A DNA stretch of 64,000 nucleotides, from contig NC_043000.1 of NCBI RefSeq assembly GCF_006345805.1, positions 6,944,001-7,008,000 on the forward strand, given 5' to 3'. Shown here piece after piece: positions 25,869 through 39,232 of the stretch. The stretch is from Octopus sinensis. Its lineage: Eukaryota. The notes beneath the pieces are model-generated. The model saw only the letters and a program-made list of their open reading frames with translations. It ran no database searches and was not told the origin of the DNA. How positions within the stretch are numbered: position 1 is the stretch's first letter; each line of letters opens with the position of its first letter. The translations under genes were made by a program, and so were the position numbers.

Positions 25869-26610
25869 ACGCCTATATAGGTATCATATAGGAATTCATA
25901 TAGGAATCATTTCAATTTTTGCTCTAAACATTTCTGGTTACTTCAATTCCCAGACCTTTCTTTGTATTTGGATAATTTTTCTATTTCTTTTAGAGATGCA
26001 TTATTGTCTGTTGGGACTACTACCTTTAATTTGAAGGCCTTTGCTTTCTTGGTGGTCCTTGACACAAATATCCAGCTGACTAGCCAAGATCTTGCTGTCT
26101 TTGCATACAGTCACACATTTCCATACTTTGCTTTATGTTTACACCACCTCTCTTTTCTGTCTGGTATTTCATGTTGACGTAAGTTTACAACTGTGACCAC
26201 CACTTCTACTTTGGTCACCACTGTCATGACCACCAAGACCACAACTATGACCACAACAACCACCATGAACACCATGGCAACAACAACGACGACAGCTGCT
26301 ACCACCATTGCCGCCATTTTAAAGTTTACTCTTCAATGTTTGCATGGGTCAGACAGAGTTCAGTGAAACAGGTCTTCTACAGCCAGATGCTCTTCCTACT
26401 GCCCATCCTCATCTATTTCAAACAAGGTAATATTTTCTGATGGCCAGACATGTTTTCATGGAAGATTGGAAACGAATGATGCTGCTTGAATGACAGTGAC
26501 ACTCATTTACAACAACTATCATATCATGTCAGGACAAGGAGAAACACACACACACATAGAGGAAATTGAAATAAGACCAGAATAAATATCTAATTCCTAC
26601 TCTGTTGTAC

Positions 26611-26713
26611 CTGTAGCTGGAATCTTTCTTGACAAAGTTTGAACAGTTAGGGACAAAATGGTTAATTCTCCAATCTTTTAATGACATAATATACAATTTT
26701 AGGGCCCCTAACA
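26611..26713 (-). CDS. Candidate 103-nt exon (LGALKLYIMSLKDWRINHFVPNCSNFVKKDSSY)
   Basis: Acceptor ttttttactgtgttaagcag, donor CAG|gtacaa; phase-2 end joins the 25149-25184 candidate. Confidence 0.35.
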
Positions 26714-27374
26714 CTGCTTAACACAGTAAAAAACTGTTCACTAAGAAATTCATATTTGCCCTTGATACTTCAGTCAAAAACTCACAAGTTTGTACGACTA
26801 TTGACAGATCTGTGCACAACAACCTCAACCTGCAACCACCACCACTATCACAACAACAACAGCAAACTTTGTACAAATCACAGCACCAGCAGCAGCAGTA
26901 AAAAACAACAACAACAGCAGCAGCAGCAACAACAATTCAATACCTTCATGACTACCAGCATAAAGAAAAACAGCTTCATTTGCAGATGCTACACAACAAA
27001 CATCCACCATAAAGTCCAGGCTTTGTTGCAACATGAGGGCTTGTGTACCTTGATGACCTCGAGAGCTATGCCGGAGAAGTGCAGGCTCCTGGTAGAGCCT
27101 CCCAAGCTGGACAAGTCAAAATATAGAGGCCAGGCAATATGGATCACCTTTTTCCAGAGGTAAAAACAGGTTTGTGTAGGGCTGACACTTCTACCAAGAA
27201 AAAAACAAAGTTACAGAAGCATCAATGACAACTCAAAATCAACAGAACCTGGGAGAGAAAAAGACAGCCCAGGGTCAAAAACAGTGGATAAAAGTCATCA
27301 CTGGCCAATGCCTCAAAGTAAATAAAGAGCTTAAGCAAGTATACAACAAACATTGATGGAACACACATTTAACA

Positions 27375-27880
27375 GCCATCATCATCATCGTTTAACATCC
27401 ATTTCCCATGCTGGCATGGGTTTGACGGTTTCACTGAAAACTGGTAAGCTGGGGAGCTGCACTAGGTTCCAATCTGATTTGGCAGGGTTTCTATTGCTGG
27501 ATGCCCTTCATAATGTCGACCACTCCAAGAGTGTAGTGGGTGCATTTTGTGCGCCACCAGCATGGGTGCCAGTCATGTAATGCTGGCATCAGCCATGACT
27601 ATGGTCTCACTTGGCTTGACAAGTCTTCTCAAGCATGGTATATCACCAACGGTCTCGGTCACCTGTCACTGCATCCTTGAGGCCCAATGTTCGAATGGTG
27701 CTTTTTACATGCCACCAGCACAGGTGCCAGTTTCACGACACTGGCATTGGCCATGACCACAATTTCACTTGGCTTGACAGGTCTTCTCAAGCACAGCATA
27801 TCTCCCAATGTTCAATGGTTGCTTTTTACATTCCAGTTACACGACACTAGCATTGGCCATGACCACCATCTCACTTGGCT
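27375..27880 (-). mobile_element. Diverged RTE 3'-end fragment with internally repeated modules
   Basis: Repeats of ggtgctttttacatgccaccagca and ccatgaccacaatctcacttggcttgac. Confidence 0.75.
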
Positions 27881-27939
27881 TGATGGCAATGTTTGGCAAA
27901 AACATAAACACGGCTTTGTAATTTGGATACTATTCATAA

Positions 27940-29225
27940 AGGCAGAGAGAGCTGGCCGAATAGTTTGTATGTCAGGCAAAATGCTTAGAGGCATTTTGCC
28001 CATCTTTACATTCTGGTTTCAAATTCCACTGTGATACACTTTGCCTTTCATCCTTTTGGGGTCCATAAAATAAGAACCAGATGAGCACTGGAGGCAATGT
28101 TATCAACTTACCCTTCCTCCAAAATTGCTGGCCATGTGCCAAAATTTAAAATCAATATGTGTACTGTTTATACTAGTCAGGCTGATGTCCTCATCTAAAT
28201 TGTTGCTTTCTCTGTGTTTCGGCTGTTGTACACTCCAGCCTTCTATGGGCATAGCATACTAGATAAAGACAGTAATGTAGTGCAGTCACCTAGATTTTTT
28301 GAGTTCAGTCCCAGGTCAGGGACTAAGGTAATTCACAAAAAGATCAACTGAAACAATAAAAAAAAAAGGCTGCAAGTTGGCTGTATTGTTAGTGCATCAG
28401 ACTAAATGCTCTGTTCTGATTCTTTATATTTGGATTTCAAATCCTGTCAAAAGGTCAGCTTAGGTTTTACATCCTTTTTTTTTTTTTGAGGTCGATAACA
28501 TGATCACTGAAGCACTGGGGTCGATATAACTGACTTACCTCTCCTCACACGATTGTTGACTTACCAAAATTAGAGCCGATCCTTCTTCCTAACATTATTA
28601 TCATTATTATCAAGGTGGCAAGCAGGCTGAATCGTTAGCACACCAGGCAAAATACTTTGCAGCATTTTATCTGAGTTCAAATTCCATAGAGGTCAACCTT
28701 GCCTTTCATCCTTTCAGGACTGATTGAAAAAAAAGGAGCAGTTGAGCACTGGGGTCAACGTAATTAACTTAATCCCTTCCCCAAAATTTCAGGCCTTGTG
28801 CCTAAAGTAGAAAGGATTATTATTAGTAGTAGTACTGTTTTCTGATTGATTTGCATTTTATTTCATCTTCTGACAGGTCTCCACCAGAGACCTGAGGCAC
28901 ATATATGTTAGATGGAGAGATATTTCCTGAGAATGTGGGCAGTTGATGCCAACACAATGTTTTGAGTCTCACAGATTGTTGGTTTCCCAAAGATATTATT
29001 ATTATTATTATTATTAAGGTGGTGAGCTGGCAGAATCATTAGCAGGCCGGACAAAAAGCTTAGTGGCATTTTATCTGTCTTTATATTCTGAGTTCAAATA
29101 CCACTGAGGTCGACTTTGCCTTTCATCTTTTCAAGGCCAATGAAATAAGTATCATTGTGGTTGATGTAACTGACTAACCCCCTCCCTGCAAACTTCAGGC
29201 TTTGTGCCTGTAGTAAAAAGGATTG
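27940..29225 (+). mobile_element. Cluster of about 4 SINE family C copies
   Basis: ctttgcctttcatcc motif recurs near 28040, 28460, 28700 and 29115. Confidence 0.7.
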
Positions 29226-29747
29226 TTATTTTCAGTATTTTCATGATTATTATTATTATTATTATCATCATTTGTTTGCTTCCATTGTTTTTCTTATCCA
29301 TCTTCCTTCAACATCATTAGTTCTAGTATTTTCTGAAACTATTCATACAATCTTTATAACCATTAGTTGCTATTATCTCTATTTTTAGAAGTCAAAGCAA
29401 ATCGCACACATCTATTAAAAAGCCTTCCTTAAAAACCCCTCTATGACATTTCTACCTTCCCTAAATCACACACAGCTCAACGTCAAATTGTCGTAAATAC
29501 CATTCCAAGTGATCAGTTAGTCATATCTAATTTTCGAAATTCCATTATTCCATTATTTTCAACCCTCTTCTTGCAAGCAAATTGCTTGTCTCCTTAATGA
29601 TATCGCTTAGATTCAGTGCTAAATGCCATGTCCATGACCACTGCTTCTGACCATACCCTCTACCACCTCAAGCCAAGTGATCCTCAATATGATTCCTCGA
29701 TTTGCAAGAAATAGCAGCAAAATCTCTCTCATGAATCACATCCTACC

Positions 29748-29978
29748 TATTTCTTTATGACCCACAAGGGGCTAAACACAGAGAGGACAAAGAAGGACAG
29801 ACAAGCAGATTAAGTCGATAATATCGCCCCCAGTGCATAACTGGTACTTAATTTATCGACCCCGAAAGGATGAAAGGCAAAGTTGACCTCGGCGTAATTT
29901 TAACTCAGACCGTAATGGCAGAGGAAATACGGCTACGCATTTCACCCGGCGTGCTAACATTTCTGCCAGCTTGCCGCC
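29748..29978 (-). mobile_element. SINE family C nested in another repeat, with a 16-bp TSD
   Basis: tgaatcacatcctacc at 29732-29747 and 29979-29994. Confidence 0.9.
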
Positions 29979-30857
29979 TGAATCACATCCTACCATCTTA
30001 GAAAAGGACATATTGGATGATGTAGTTCAGAGCTCTGCGCACAAAGGAAAAAGATGAGGTGGCCATGGACAGAATGGCATTGATCATAGTTCTACTTGAT
30101 CATTACTGGTCTGAAGGTAAACAACAGCTATCCTCATATTGAACGACTTCAAGAGCAAAACCAACAAAAACAACAGAACTGAAACCAATTCTATCAGAGG
30201 GTTCTCCTATGTAGTAGCACAAACTATTAGAAATAGCAGGTAAATCTCCCATAAAACACATCCTGCCATGTCCAGGTCATGTCCAGGTCAATCAGCGGTG
30301 GAACCAGTCTTTTGAAATTTCTTTAAAATTTTCCAGACTGTTGTTTGATTAATTTTAAGCTATTTTGCAATAACTTTATTACTTTTGTCTCCTTTGTGGA
30401 GGGTTATGATTGTATTTCAGTCTGAAGCCATTATATAATTTATAAATCTGAATTTATTTAGTCTGAAACAAAAAGAAGACACACTAAGCTTTTATAATGA
30501 TGGATAATTTTCATATTTAATCACATTTACTGATAGTCATTAAAGCCTGAAACTTCAGCAGCCTTAATTTCAGGACATCCTGTATATATACACAACAGGC
30601 TTTTTTTTCGATTTTCATCAACCAAATCCACTCACAAGGCTTTGATTGGCCCAAGGCAATAATAGAAGACACTTGCCCAAAGTGTCATGCAGTGGAACTG
30701 AACTTGGAACCATGTGATTTGGAAGCAAGCTACTTACCACACCACTTTACTTAAACCCTTCATTCCCTATGGAGCATGGGCCATCAACAACCTTTGTACA
30801 CTGTTCTTGACTCTAGGCTGCAGAAGAGCAGCCAGCTTTGTATACATACATGCACAT

Positions 30858-30892
<35 letters not shown>

Positions 30893-31653
30893 CATACAAA
30901 AATACATCATCATTATGTGTCATCATCATCATCATCATCGTTTAGCGTCCGTTTTCCATGCTAGCATGGGTTGGACGAAGCATATATATATATATATAAA
31001 TTAGAAAAAAAACATCTTTTAGCAATTCAATAATGAAAAATTAAATCATACCATTTAGAAAAATTACATCTTATAGATGTGTGAAATTTGATTTAATATT
31101 TCTAAATTGAATTTTCCCCTGTAAGTTTGGAATAATATTTCCTCATCATCATCATCATCATCATCATCGTTTAGCGTCCGTTTTCCATGCTAGCATGGGT
31201 TGGACGGTTCTACTGGGGTCTGTGAAGCCAGAAGGCTTCATCAGGCCCAGTCAAATCTGGCAGTGTTTCTACGGCTGGATGCCCTTCCTAACGCCAACCA
31301 CTCCGTGAGTGTAGTGGGTGCTTTTTACGTGCCACCCGCACTGGTGCCCGACAGAGCTGGCAAACGGCCACGAACGGATGGTGCTTTTTATGTGCCACCG
31401 GCATGAGGGCCAGGCGAGGCTGGCAATGGACACGAAACGGGGCGGTGCTGGCAACGGTCGCGAAACGGAAAGTTCTCTTACATGCCACCGGCACTGGTAA
31501 CACATCTGCAATTTCCATTGATCGATTTCCATTGATCGATTTCGATTCTGATCCTCACTTGCCTCAACACGTCTTCACAAGTAGAGTTTTGTGTCCCAAG
31601 AAGGGAAGGTATGCATACGTAGGCTGGCTCCATCCCATGTAGAAGGCCACGGG

Positions 31654-32124
31654 TTATGGACTCACTGTCCTGCGGGTCTTCTCGCGCACAGCCACATTCC
31701 AGAGGTCTCGGTCTCTAGTCATTTCCTCAGTGAGACCTAAAGTTCGAAGGTCGTGCTTCACCACCTCGTCCCAGGTTTTCCTGGGTCTGCCTCTTCCACA
31801 GGTTCCCTCAACCGCTAGGGTGTGGCACTTTTTCACACAACTATCTTCATCCATTCTCGCCACATGACCAAACCAGCGCAAACGTCTCTCTTGCACACCA
31901 CAACTGATGCTTCTTAGGTCCAGCTTTTCTCTCAAGGTACTTACACTCTGCCGAGTGTGAGTACCAGCATTACACATCCATCGGAGCATACTGGCTTCAT
32001 TTCTAGCGAGCTTACGCATATCCTCAGCAGTCACGGCCCATGTTTCACTGCCATGTAGCATGGCTGTTCGTACACACGCATCATACAGTCTGCCTTTCAC
32101 TCTGTGCGAGAGGCCTTTTGTCAC
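31654..32124 (-). pseudogene. C-terminal part of the RTE ORF
   Basis: LYDACVRTAMLHGSETW...RLRWFGHVARM...RGRPRKTW, typical of RTE C-termini. Confidence 0.9.
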
Positions 32125-32419
32125 CAGCAGAGGTAAGAGCTCTCTGAACTTTGCCCAAGCTATTCTTACTCTAGCAGTTACACTTTCAGCACACCCCCCC
32201 CGCTGCTGACTTGGTCACCTAGGTAACGGAAACTATCAACTATTTCTAGTTTTTCTCCCTGGAAAGTGACGGAAGTTGGTCTCAGAGCATTTTCAGTGTT
32301 TATTGTTCCTGAGCATCTGCCACATACAAAAACCATCTTCCTAGTTAGCCTTCCTTTGACATTGCTGCATCTCTTATGTGTCCATAGCTTACACTTGGTG
32401 CATCTTATAGAATTTCTAC

Positions 32420-33634
32420 CTACACCTTTTCTACAGATCGAGCAGGGCCATCTACCTGAAGGTGTTTGTGATTGTCTACCTTCCTACTGATTACGACTTT
32501 GGTTTTAGCTAGATTGACTCTGAGGCCCTTCGATTCTAATCCTTGTTTCCACACCTGAAACTTCTCCTCCAGTTCTGATAGCGACTCAGCAATTAGAGCA
32601 AGGTCATCAGCATAGAGGAGCTCCCAAGGGCATCCTGTCTTGAATTCCTCCGTTATTGCCTGGAGGACTATGATAAATAGGAGGGGGCGGAGTACTGAGC
32701 CTTGGTGGACCCCTACCTCTACCCGGAATTCTTCACTGTACTCATTTCCAACCCTCACCCTACTAGCAGCGTCCCTATACATGGCCCGCACAGCTCTCAC
32801 TAACCATTCATCTGTCCCTAGTTTCCTCATTGCCCACCAGATAAGGGATCGGGGGACCCTGTCGAAGGCTTTCTCCATGTTAACAAAAGCCAGGTACAGG
32901 GGCTTATCTTTGGCTAGGTATTTCTCCTGCAGTTGCCTTACCAGGAATATAGCATCAGTAGTACTTTTCCCTGGCACAAACCCAAACTGCATCTCATCTA
33001 AACTAACTCTCTCTCTAATTAGTTGGGCTATGACCCTCTCCGTAACCTTCATCACCTGATCCAACAGCTTGATACCTCTGTAGTTATTTGTATCTAGGGC
33101 ATCACCTTTACCTTTGTAGCAGTTGACTATTATACTGCTACACCAGTCATTGTGTATGACCCCTTTGTGTATCACCTGATTAACTATACGGGTGACTAGG
33201 CTATAGCCGACACTACCAGACATTTTGAGCATCTCTGCAGTGATTCCTGATGGGCCTGGGGCTTTCCCTGTCTTCATGCTTCTAATTGCCTTAGCTACCA
33301 CGGAACTATCAACTCGGATAGCTGGTCCCTCTGTTGGGTCAACATTCGGCAGACTCTCTTTATCCCATTCATTTTCTTCATTCAGCAACCTTTCATAGTG
33401 GCATCTCCAAACCTCTCTCTTTGCATCCTCATTTAGCGCAAGTGAACCATCTTCCATGCGAACACACTTCTCTCCTACCACATCACGATTCTCTCTCACA
33501 CACTGTCTTGCAACACGAAACACCTCCAGTCTTTGGTCCTCACGGCGCAGAACATTGGCAAATTTTTTCTTATCTGCTTCCCCTCTGGCTAAATAAACCT
33601 GTCTCCTAGCTTCTCTTTTGGCAGTCTGATACAA
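32420..33634 (-). pseudogene. Reverse transcriptase domain of the RTE LINE
   Basis: NYRGIKLL, QFGFVPGKSTTDAIF, GVHQGSVL and LLYADDL motifs; frameshift near 32480. Confidence 0.92.
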
Positions 33635-33774
33635 TTCCCTGCTACCCCCATTTTTCCAGACCTTCCAAGCCTGTCTCTTTTCTCTAATAGCCCTGTCTAC
33701 AATATTGTTCCACCACCACGTTATTCTAGGTCGAGAGGGGACTTTGCACCAGCCACAGATCTGGTCAGTGGCTC

Positions 33775-34494
33775 TCAGCAGGTGTCCCTTAGAAACGTCC
33801 AGCTGTCTTCTACCCCCTGTGATGCTCTATCCCCTTCTACTTCGTCAGAGGCTTCAAGTAATATGTCCCTAAATCTCTGTCCATTTGCAGGATCTTTAAG
33901 CTTCCAGATCCTTCTTCTCCATATTTGTCGTCTTCTGGTTGTCCTCCTAGTCCTGATTCTAAAGTCACTAACTACCAGTCTATGTTGTGGGGTACATTCT
34001 TCACCTGGGAAGGTTTTGGCATTTATAAGCAGCCATCTCTCCCTTTGCCTTGTAAGGATGTAGTCAATTTGGCTGGTATGTTGGCCCGATTGGTAAGTGA
34101 CTAGGTGGCTGGTAGGTTTCCTGAAGTTAGTGTTGCAAATCATAAGATTATTTGCATCGCAGAACTCCAGCAGCCTGGTTCCCTCCTCGTTGCGGGAGCC
34201 ATAGCCATAGCCTCCATGTACGCCGTGGAAGCCCCCAGCATGTCGTCCAACGTGACCATTGAAGTCACCAGCCACAAAGATAAGGTCTCTGTCGTTCGTC
34301 AGCGAGGTAGTCTGCAGTAGAGTGTCATAGAATCGGTCTTTCTGTCCATCGGGTAGCCCCGACTGAGGAGCATAGGCTGATATAATGGTTGCTAAACTAT
34401 GATGAAGCACTAATCTAATCTTAAGTATTCTGTCACATACTCTGATTACCTCAATTACTTTATCTACCCATTTCTCAGCGATAAGTATACCCAC
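33775..34494 (-). pseudogene. APE-type endonuclease domain of the RTE LINE
   Basis: IISAYAPQ, VAGDFNGHVG, SQIDYIL and QHRLV motifs; frameshift near 33780. Confidence 0.9.
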
Positions 34495-34521
34495 GCCACC
34501 AACCCCGTCAGTGTCCTCATA

Positions 34522-34573
<52 letters not shown>

Positions 34574-34643
34574 GTATGTAATATATATATAATATATAAT
34601 ATATATATTATATATATAATATATATATATATATGTATGTATG

Positions 34644-34708
<65 letters not shown>

Positions 34709-34744
34709 ATGGATGGATGTATACAACACACACAACACCACACC

Positions 34745-34789
<45 letters not shown>

Positions 34790-34791
<2 letters not shown>

Positions 34792-35335
34792 CATCATCTT
34801 CATCATCATCATTAAACACCCACTTTCCATGCTGGCATGGACTGGACAGTTTGACAGGTGCTGGCCAGCAGAAGAGCTGCCCTGGTTCCATGTCTGTTTT
34901 AGCTAGGTTTCTATGGCTGGATGCCCTTCCTAATGCCGACCACTTTATGGAGTGCATTGGGTGCCTTTATGCAGCAACTGCATGAGTGTTTTCATGTGGT
35001 ACAGGTGCTTTTTACATGGCACCAAAACCCATGAACCTGTAAGATGAGGAATACTCAGCTGAAGAGGAATGTAGGGAACCTGCCTGTATCTTCTCAGGCA
35101 TAGAAAACTGCCAGTTGTCTCAGATTCCTGTCATCCCCTCTGTGAGGCCGGACAACTGAAGAGCCTTTCTCACCATTTTATCTTATGCCTTCCTGGATCT
35201 GCCCTTTCAATACGTTCCCTCCACAATTAGAGATTGGCACATCTTGATGCAGCTGTCTTCATTCATATGTATTACATGATTGTACAAGTGCAGTGTTCTC
35301 TTTTGCACACTACACCTGATGCCTCAAATCACTTA
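34790..35335 (-). mobile_element. Diverged RTE 3' fragment (C-terminus plus UTR)
   Basis: Homologous to 31150-32000. Confidence 0.7.
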
Positions 35336-35520
35336 CACTGTTGCATATGCACACTGATATTACCCATATAGATATCATATATATATATACATATATGTAA
35401 ACACACACACACACACATACACATATGTGTGTATATGTATGTATGTATGTATATATATATACATATATATGTGTGTGTGTATATATGTATATATGTATGT
35501 ATGTGTAAAGTGTATGTATA

Positions 35521-35553
<33 letters not shown>

Positions 35554-35583
35554 GTCTGTATATATATATATATTATATATATA

Positions 35584-35647
<64 letters not shown>

Positions 35648-35704
35648 CCAGCATGGGAGGTGGATGTTAAGTGATGATGATGGTGATGATGATGATACGC
35701 ACAC

Positions 35705-35915
35705 ACACATATATATTCACCATGATAGATCGCTAGCCACTAAACCTTTTTCTATTTTCTATTTCCTCCCTGTTTATTTCTGGGTTCCTTTCTGTTGAAG
35801 AGCATAGGCTTGAAACGTAAAAGACTTTCACACTTCCCGAGCATTAAACTAATACATTTGTTTGTTGTTTACACACCTGTCTTCGTCTTTTGTTGTTTTG
35901 TAAATTCTCACGCTA
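35705..35915 (+). mobile_element. Penelope-like element LTR fragment
   Basis: Sequence recalled as a recurrent octopus Penelope-type repeat (not verified by search); carries the hammerhead-like motif typical of PLE LTRs. Confidence 0.55.
35788..35823 (+). ncRNA. Degenerate minimal type I hammerhead ribozyme motif
   Basis: cttt-CTGTTGA-a-GAGC atag GCTT-GAAA-CG-TA-aaag: stem I cttt/aaag, stem II GAGC/GCTT, ACGT palindrome; core A6 replaced by U. Confidence 0.55.
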
Positions 35916-35919
35916 TATA

Positions 35920-35970
<51 letters not shown>

Positions 35971-36988
35971 AAATCCATTCTGTCTGTCTGTCTGTGTGTC
36001 TTCTAGGATCTCGGGCATCCTCCATCTGATTGCGCTCAATTTGATATGTAGATACCAACGGTATCAGGGCATGTATAAGTCTTGAAAAAATTACAAAAAT
36101 CAATTCCAGGTGAGAATGCAATCAATAAAGCCGTTTTTATCCTGCTTTTCTCCCGTCAACCTGTACATAACTGCACCTTCCATTTTTTGTTGTTTTTGTA
36201 CTGCTTAAAGGCACGTTTCTTTCCTGCCAAGCTTACTGTTTAAACCATGTTTGTGTTCTCCCAGTCAACAGCCTTATCATTACTGGTACTTTAAACTCTT
36301 CGGTTGCATATTTGTGTGAATAAAATCGTTTTTCTTTGGAATAGAAAAAAAGTCCATCTTTATTTCTTCTTTTGCTGGTGTCTCAAATTTAGGTTAACTC
36401 AGTGTTTCTCAAAGGTGAGGCCTATGGGACGGTCAGACAATTGTTTTGAGAAAATTTGGTTTAAATGTTTGACAACTCAGCACCGTCCATTGGACGGAGG
36501 GGCGTTTTGCTCATATATTATATATATATATGTGTGTGTGTGTGTGTATGCATATTCATATACATATACACATACGTAGATGTACACAGACATGCAAACA
36601 TATATTACACAACATGTACAGTTATTGGAGGCCATTACATGAAACAAGATAATCTTGTAGGTGTAAGGATGTTTCAGTGAAGTTACATAAACGAAGCAGA
36701 CATAGTGAGATTTTGTGTTTTATTTGTAGACAGAAAAAAACTGACCGAAGTAAAATCAGAAAAAAATAAAAGGAGATAAGAAAAAGAATCTGAGAATGGA
36801 AAGAAAAGATTGCTTTTTAGAAAATATTTAAAAGTTCAGTAATTAAAAAAAATATGGAAAGAATTTTCATTTTTTTAATTACTAAACTTTGAAGGTAGTT
36901 TTGGCCTCTACTCTTTTTACTTTTAAGAAAACAAACTATATTACACCTTCATTTACAATGTGTATATACATTCATGTTTATATATATA

Positions 36989-37023
<35 letters not shown>

Positions 37024-37070
37024 TTATATATACCTGTGTATTAGCAACAGAGACAGTATTAATGCTGAAA

Positions 37071-37218
37071 GGTAATATTTATCCCCACTTAAATGTGCCT
37101 GTTTTGTTAGAGCAAACTATTAGACGAAAAGCCAATATGAGGGTTTCTCTCATGGTAACTACGACAGTATAGGTTATTCTAACTGAACATCCATGTTTAA
37201 GTGAGGATAAATATTACC
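37071..37218. mobile_element. 148-bp MITE with about 22-bp TIRs
   Basis: ggtaatatttatccccacttaaa versus ttaagtgaggataaatattacc. Confidence 0.75.
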
Positions 37219-37371
37219 TCTCAGTATTAATAATGCCTCTGTCACTAATATATATTTTTTAACAAGCTCACTGGCAAATATAATGTTCCAAAACACTGGT
37301 AAAAAGAAACTCTATGTAATGATGTGTGCATGTGCACGTGTGTGTGTGTGTGTGTGTGTGTATGAATGCAT

Positions 37372-37413
<42 letters not shown>

Positions 37414-37489
37414 GTAGTTGATAGCTTCCTTTATCTAGGTGACTAAGTCAGCAGTGGAGGTGGAGGCTCTGAGAGTGTAGCTGCTAGAA

Positions 37490-38295
37490 TATGAATAGGC
37501 TGGAAAAAGTTCAGAGAGCTCCTACCTCTGTTGGTAACAAAGGGCCTCTCCCTCAGAGTGAAAGACAAACTGTATGATGCCTATTTGTGAACAGCCATGC
37601 CCCACGGCAGGGAAATGTGGGTTGTGACAGCAGAAGCTAGTACACTTCGCTGGATGTGCAATGTCAGTGTGCATGTATAACAGAGTGTAAATGTCTTGAG
37701 AGAAAAACTGGGCATAAGAGGCATCAGATGTGGTATGCAAGAGAGACGAATGCACTGGTATGGTCAGTGATGCGTATAGACGAGGATAGCTGTGTAAAAA
37801 TGTGCCGATCTTAAAGTGTGGAGGGAACCTGTGGAAAAAATAGACCCAGGAAGACATGGGACAAGGTAGTTAAACATGAGCTTCAATTGCTGGGCCTAAT
37901 GGAGGTGATGACAAGTGACCAAGAGCTTTGGTGATGTGCTGTGCTTGAGAAAACTTGTCAGGCCAAGTGAGATCATAGTTATGGCCATTGCTAGTGCCAG
38001 GTGAATGGCACCCATGAAATTGTAATCATAACGTGATAATCGAATGATGGGCCGCATGGAGGCATCCAGGAAATCGTTGTCATTGCCATTGCTCATGTCA
38101 TGCAAATGGCACTTGTGCTGGTGGCACGTAAAAAGCACCTATTACACTCTTGTAGTGGATGACATTAGGAAGGGCATCCAGCCATTGGAACCATGCTAAA
38201 TCAGACTAGAACCTAGTGCAGCCCTCTGGCTTACCAGCCTCAGTCAAACCATCTAGCCCATACCAGCATGGAAGGCGGGCGTTAAATGATGATGA
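37490..38295 (+). mobile_element. Degraded RTE 3' portion (C-terminus plus UTR)
   Basis: aagttcagagagctcctacctctgttggtaacaaagggcctctc matches the reverse complement of 32100-32155; ends gttaaatgatgatgat. Confidence 0.85.
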
Positions 38296-38322
38296 TATGT
38301 AAATTATACATATATATATATA

Positions 38323-38364
<42 letters not shown>

Positions 38365-38380
38365 TATGATACTGTGATAT

Positions 38381-38686
38381 TGTGATAGCCTGGGCTTCCG
38401 AGGCCCACAGCTCTTCAATATCCTCCCCAAGAATCTAAGAGACCTGCATGGAGTGGATGCAGATGTCTTTATATTGAAACTGGATCTCTTCTTGTCAGGT
38501 ATCCCAGATGAACCAACTTCACGGCAGGAGGTGCAGATGAGGGCAGCTGCATCGAACTCTCTCATGCACCAAATGGCAGTTACTAGAGGGCATTCATGAA
38601 GTAAAACCATGTAGCAACACCAAATGGCGGTGCCCCAGCATGGCCACAGCTCATGAGCTGAAACTAGAATCAATCAATCAATCAAT
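38381..38686 (+). mobile_element. CR1/L2-like LINE 3' end
   Basis: DSLGFRGPQLFNILPKNLRDL..FILKLDLFLSGIPDEP...*, short UTR, stem-loop tail and (CAAT)n. Confidence 0.75.
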
Positions 38687-38810
38687 ATAGATATATATAG
38701 ATATATATTAGTGTAACACATATTTCCATATGCATACATAAATATGTACATATATATATATATATGTACACTTACAAGCATATATGTAAATGTCTATTTG
38801 TATTTATATA

Positions 38811-38846
<36 letters not shown>

Positions 38847-38892
38847 TATATATATATATATATAAATGTATGTATCTATATATATATATATA

Positions 38893-38960
<68 letters not shown>

Positions 38961-39206
38961 TATATATATATACATATATATGCATATATATGCATATATA
39001 TATATATATATAATATATATATATATATTATATATATATATATAAATGTATGTATTCTATTTGTAGATTCTGAATTTTTGTACCAAAACAACAAATGTCT
39101 TCAAATTTAACAGGAAATTTATAGTTTGCCAGGTGTCGTCGCAGTTGGATATAGCAGCTGAAGAACATTAAAATATATCCTAGTGTGGTTATACCAGAGG
39201 GCTTAC

Positions 39207-39232
39207 TTTATTCCTAAAATTATGCCTTCAAA
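39207..39232 (-). CDS. Candidate 26-nt microexon (FEGIILGI)
   Basis: Acceptor tattttcttttaattttcaatag, donor AAA|gtaagc, single open frame 0 to 2. Confidence 0.45.

Larger units (their letters stand above)
31144..34516 (-). mobile_element. Young RTE-clade LINE, 5'-truncated within the endonuclease, (GAT)n tail
   Basis: Collinear APE, RT and C-terminal ORF segments, 3'UTR and (CAT)n on + strand at 31144; 5' end breaks at ...[13 protein letters not shown]. Confidence 0.95.

Noticed and set aside
26756-27163. Poly-Q ORF on the plus strand
   Set aside because: CAA/CAG microsatellite running into a dispersed repeat; no supported splice sites
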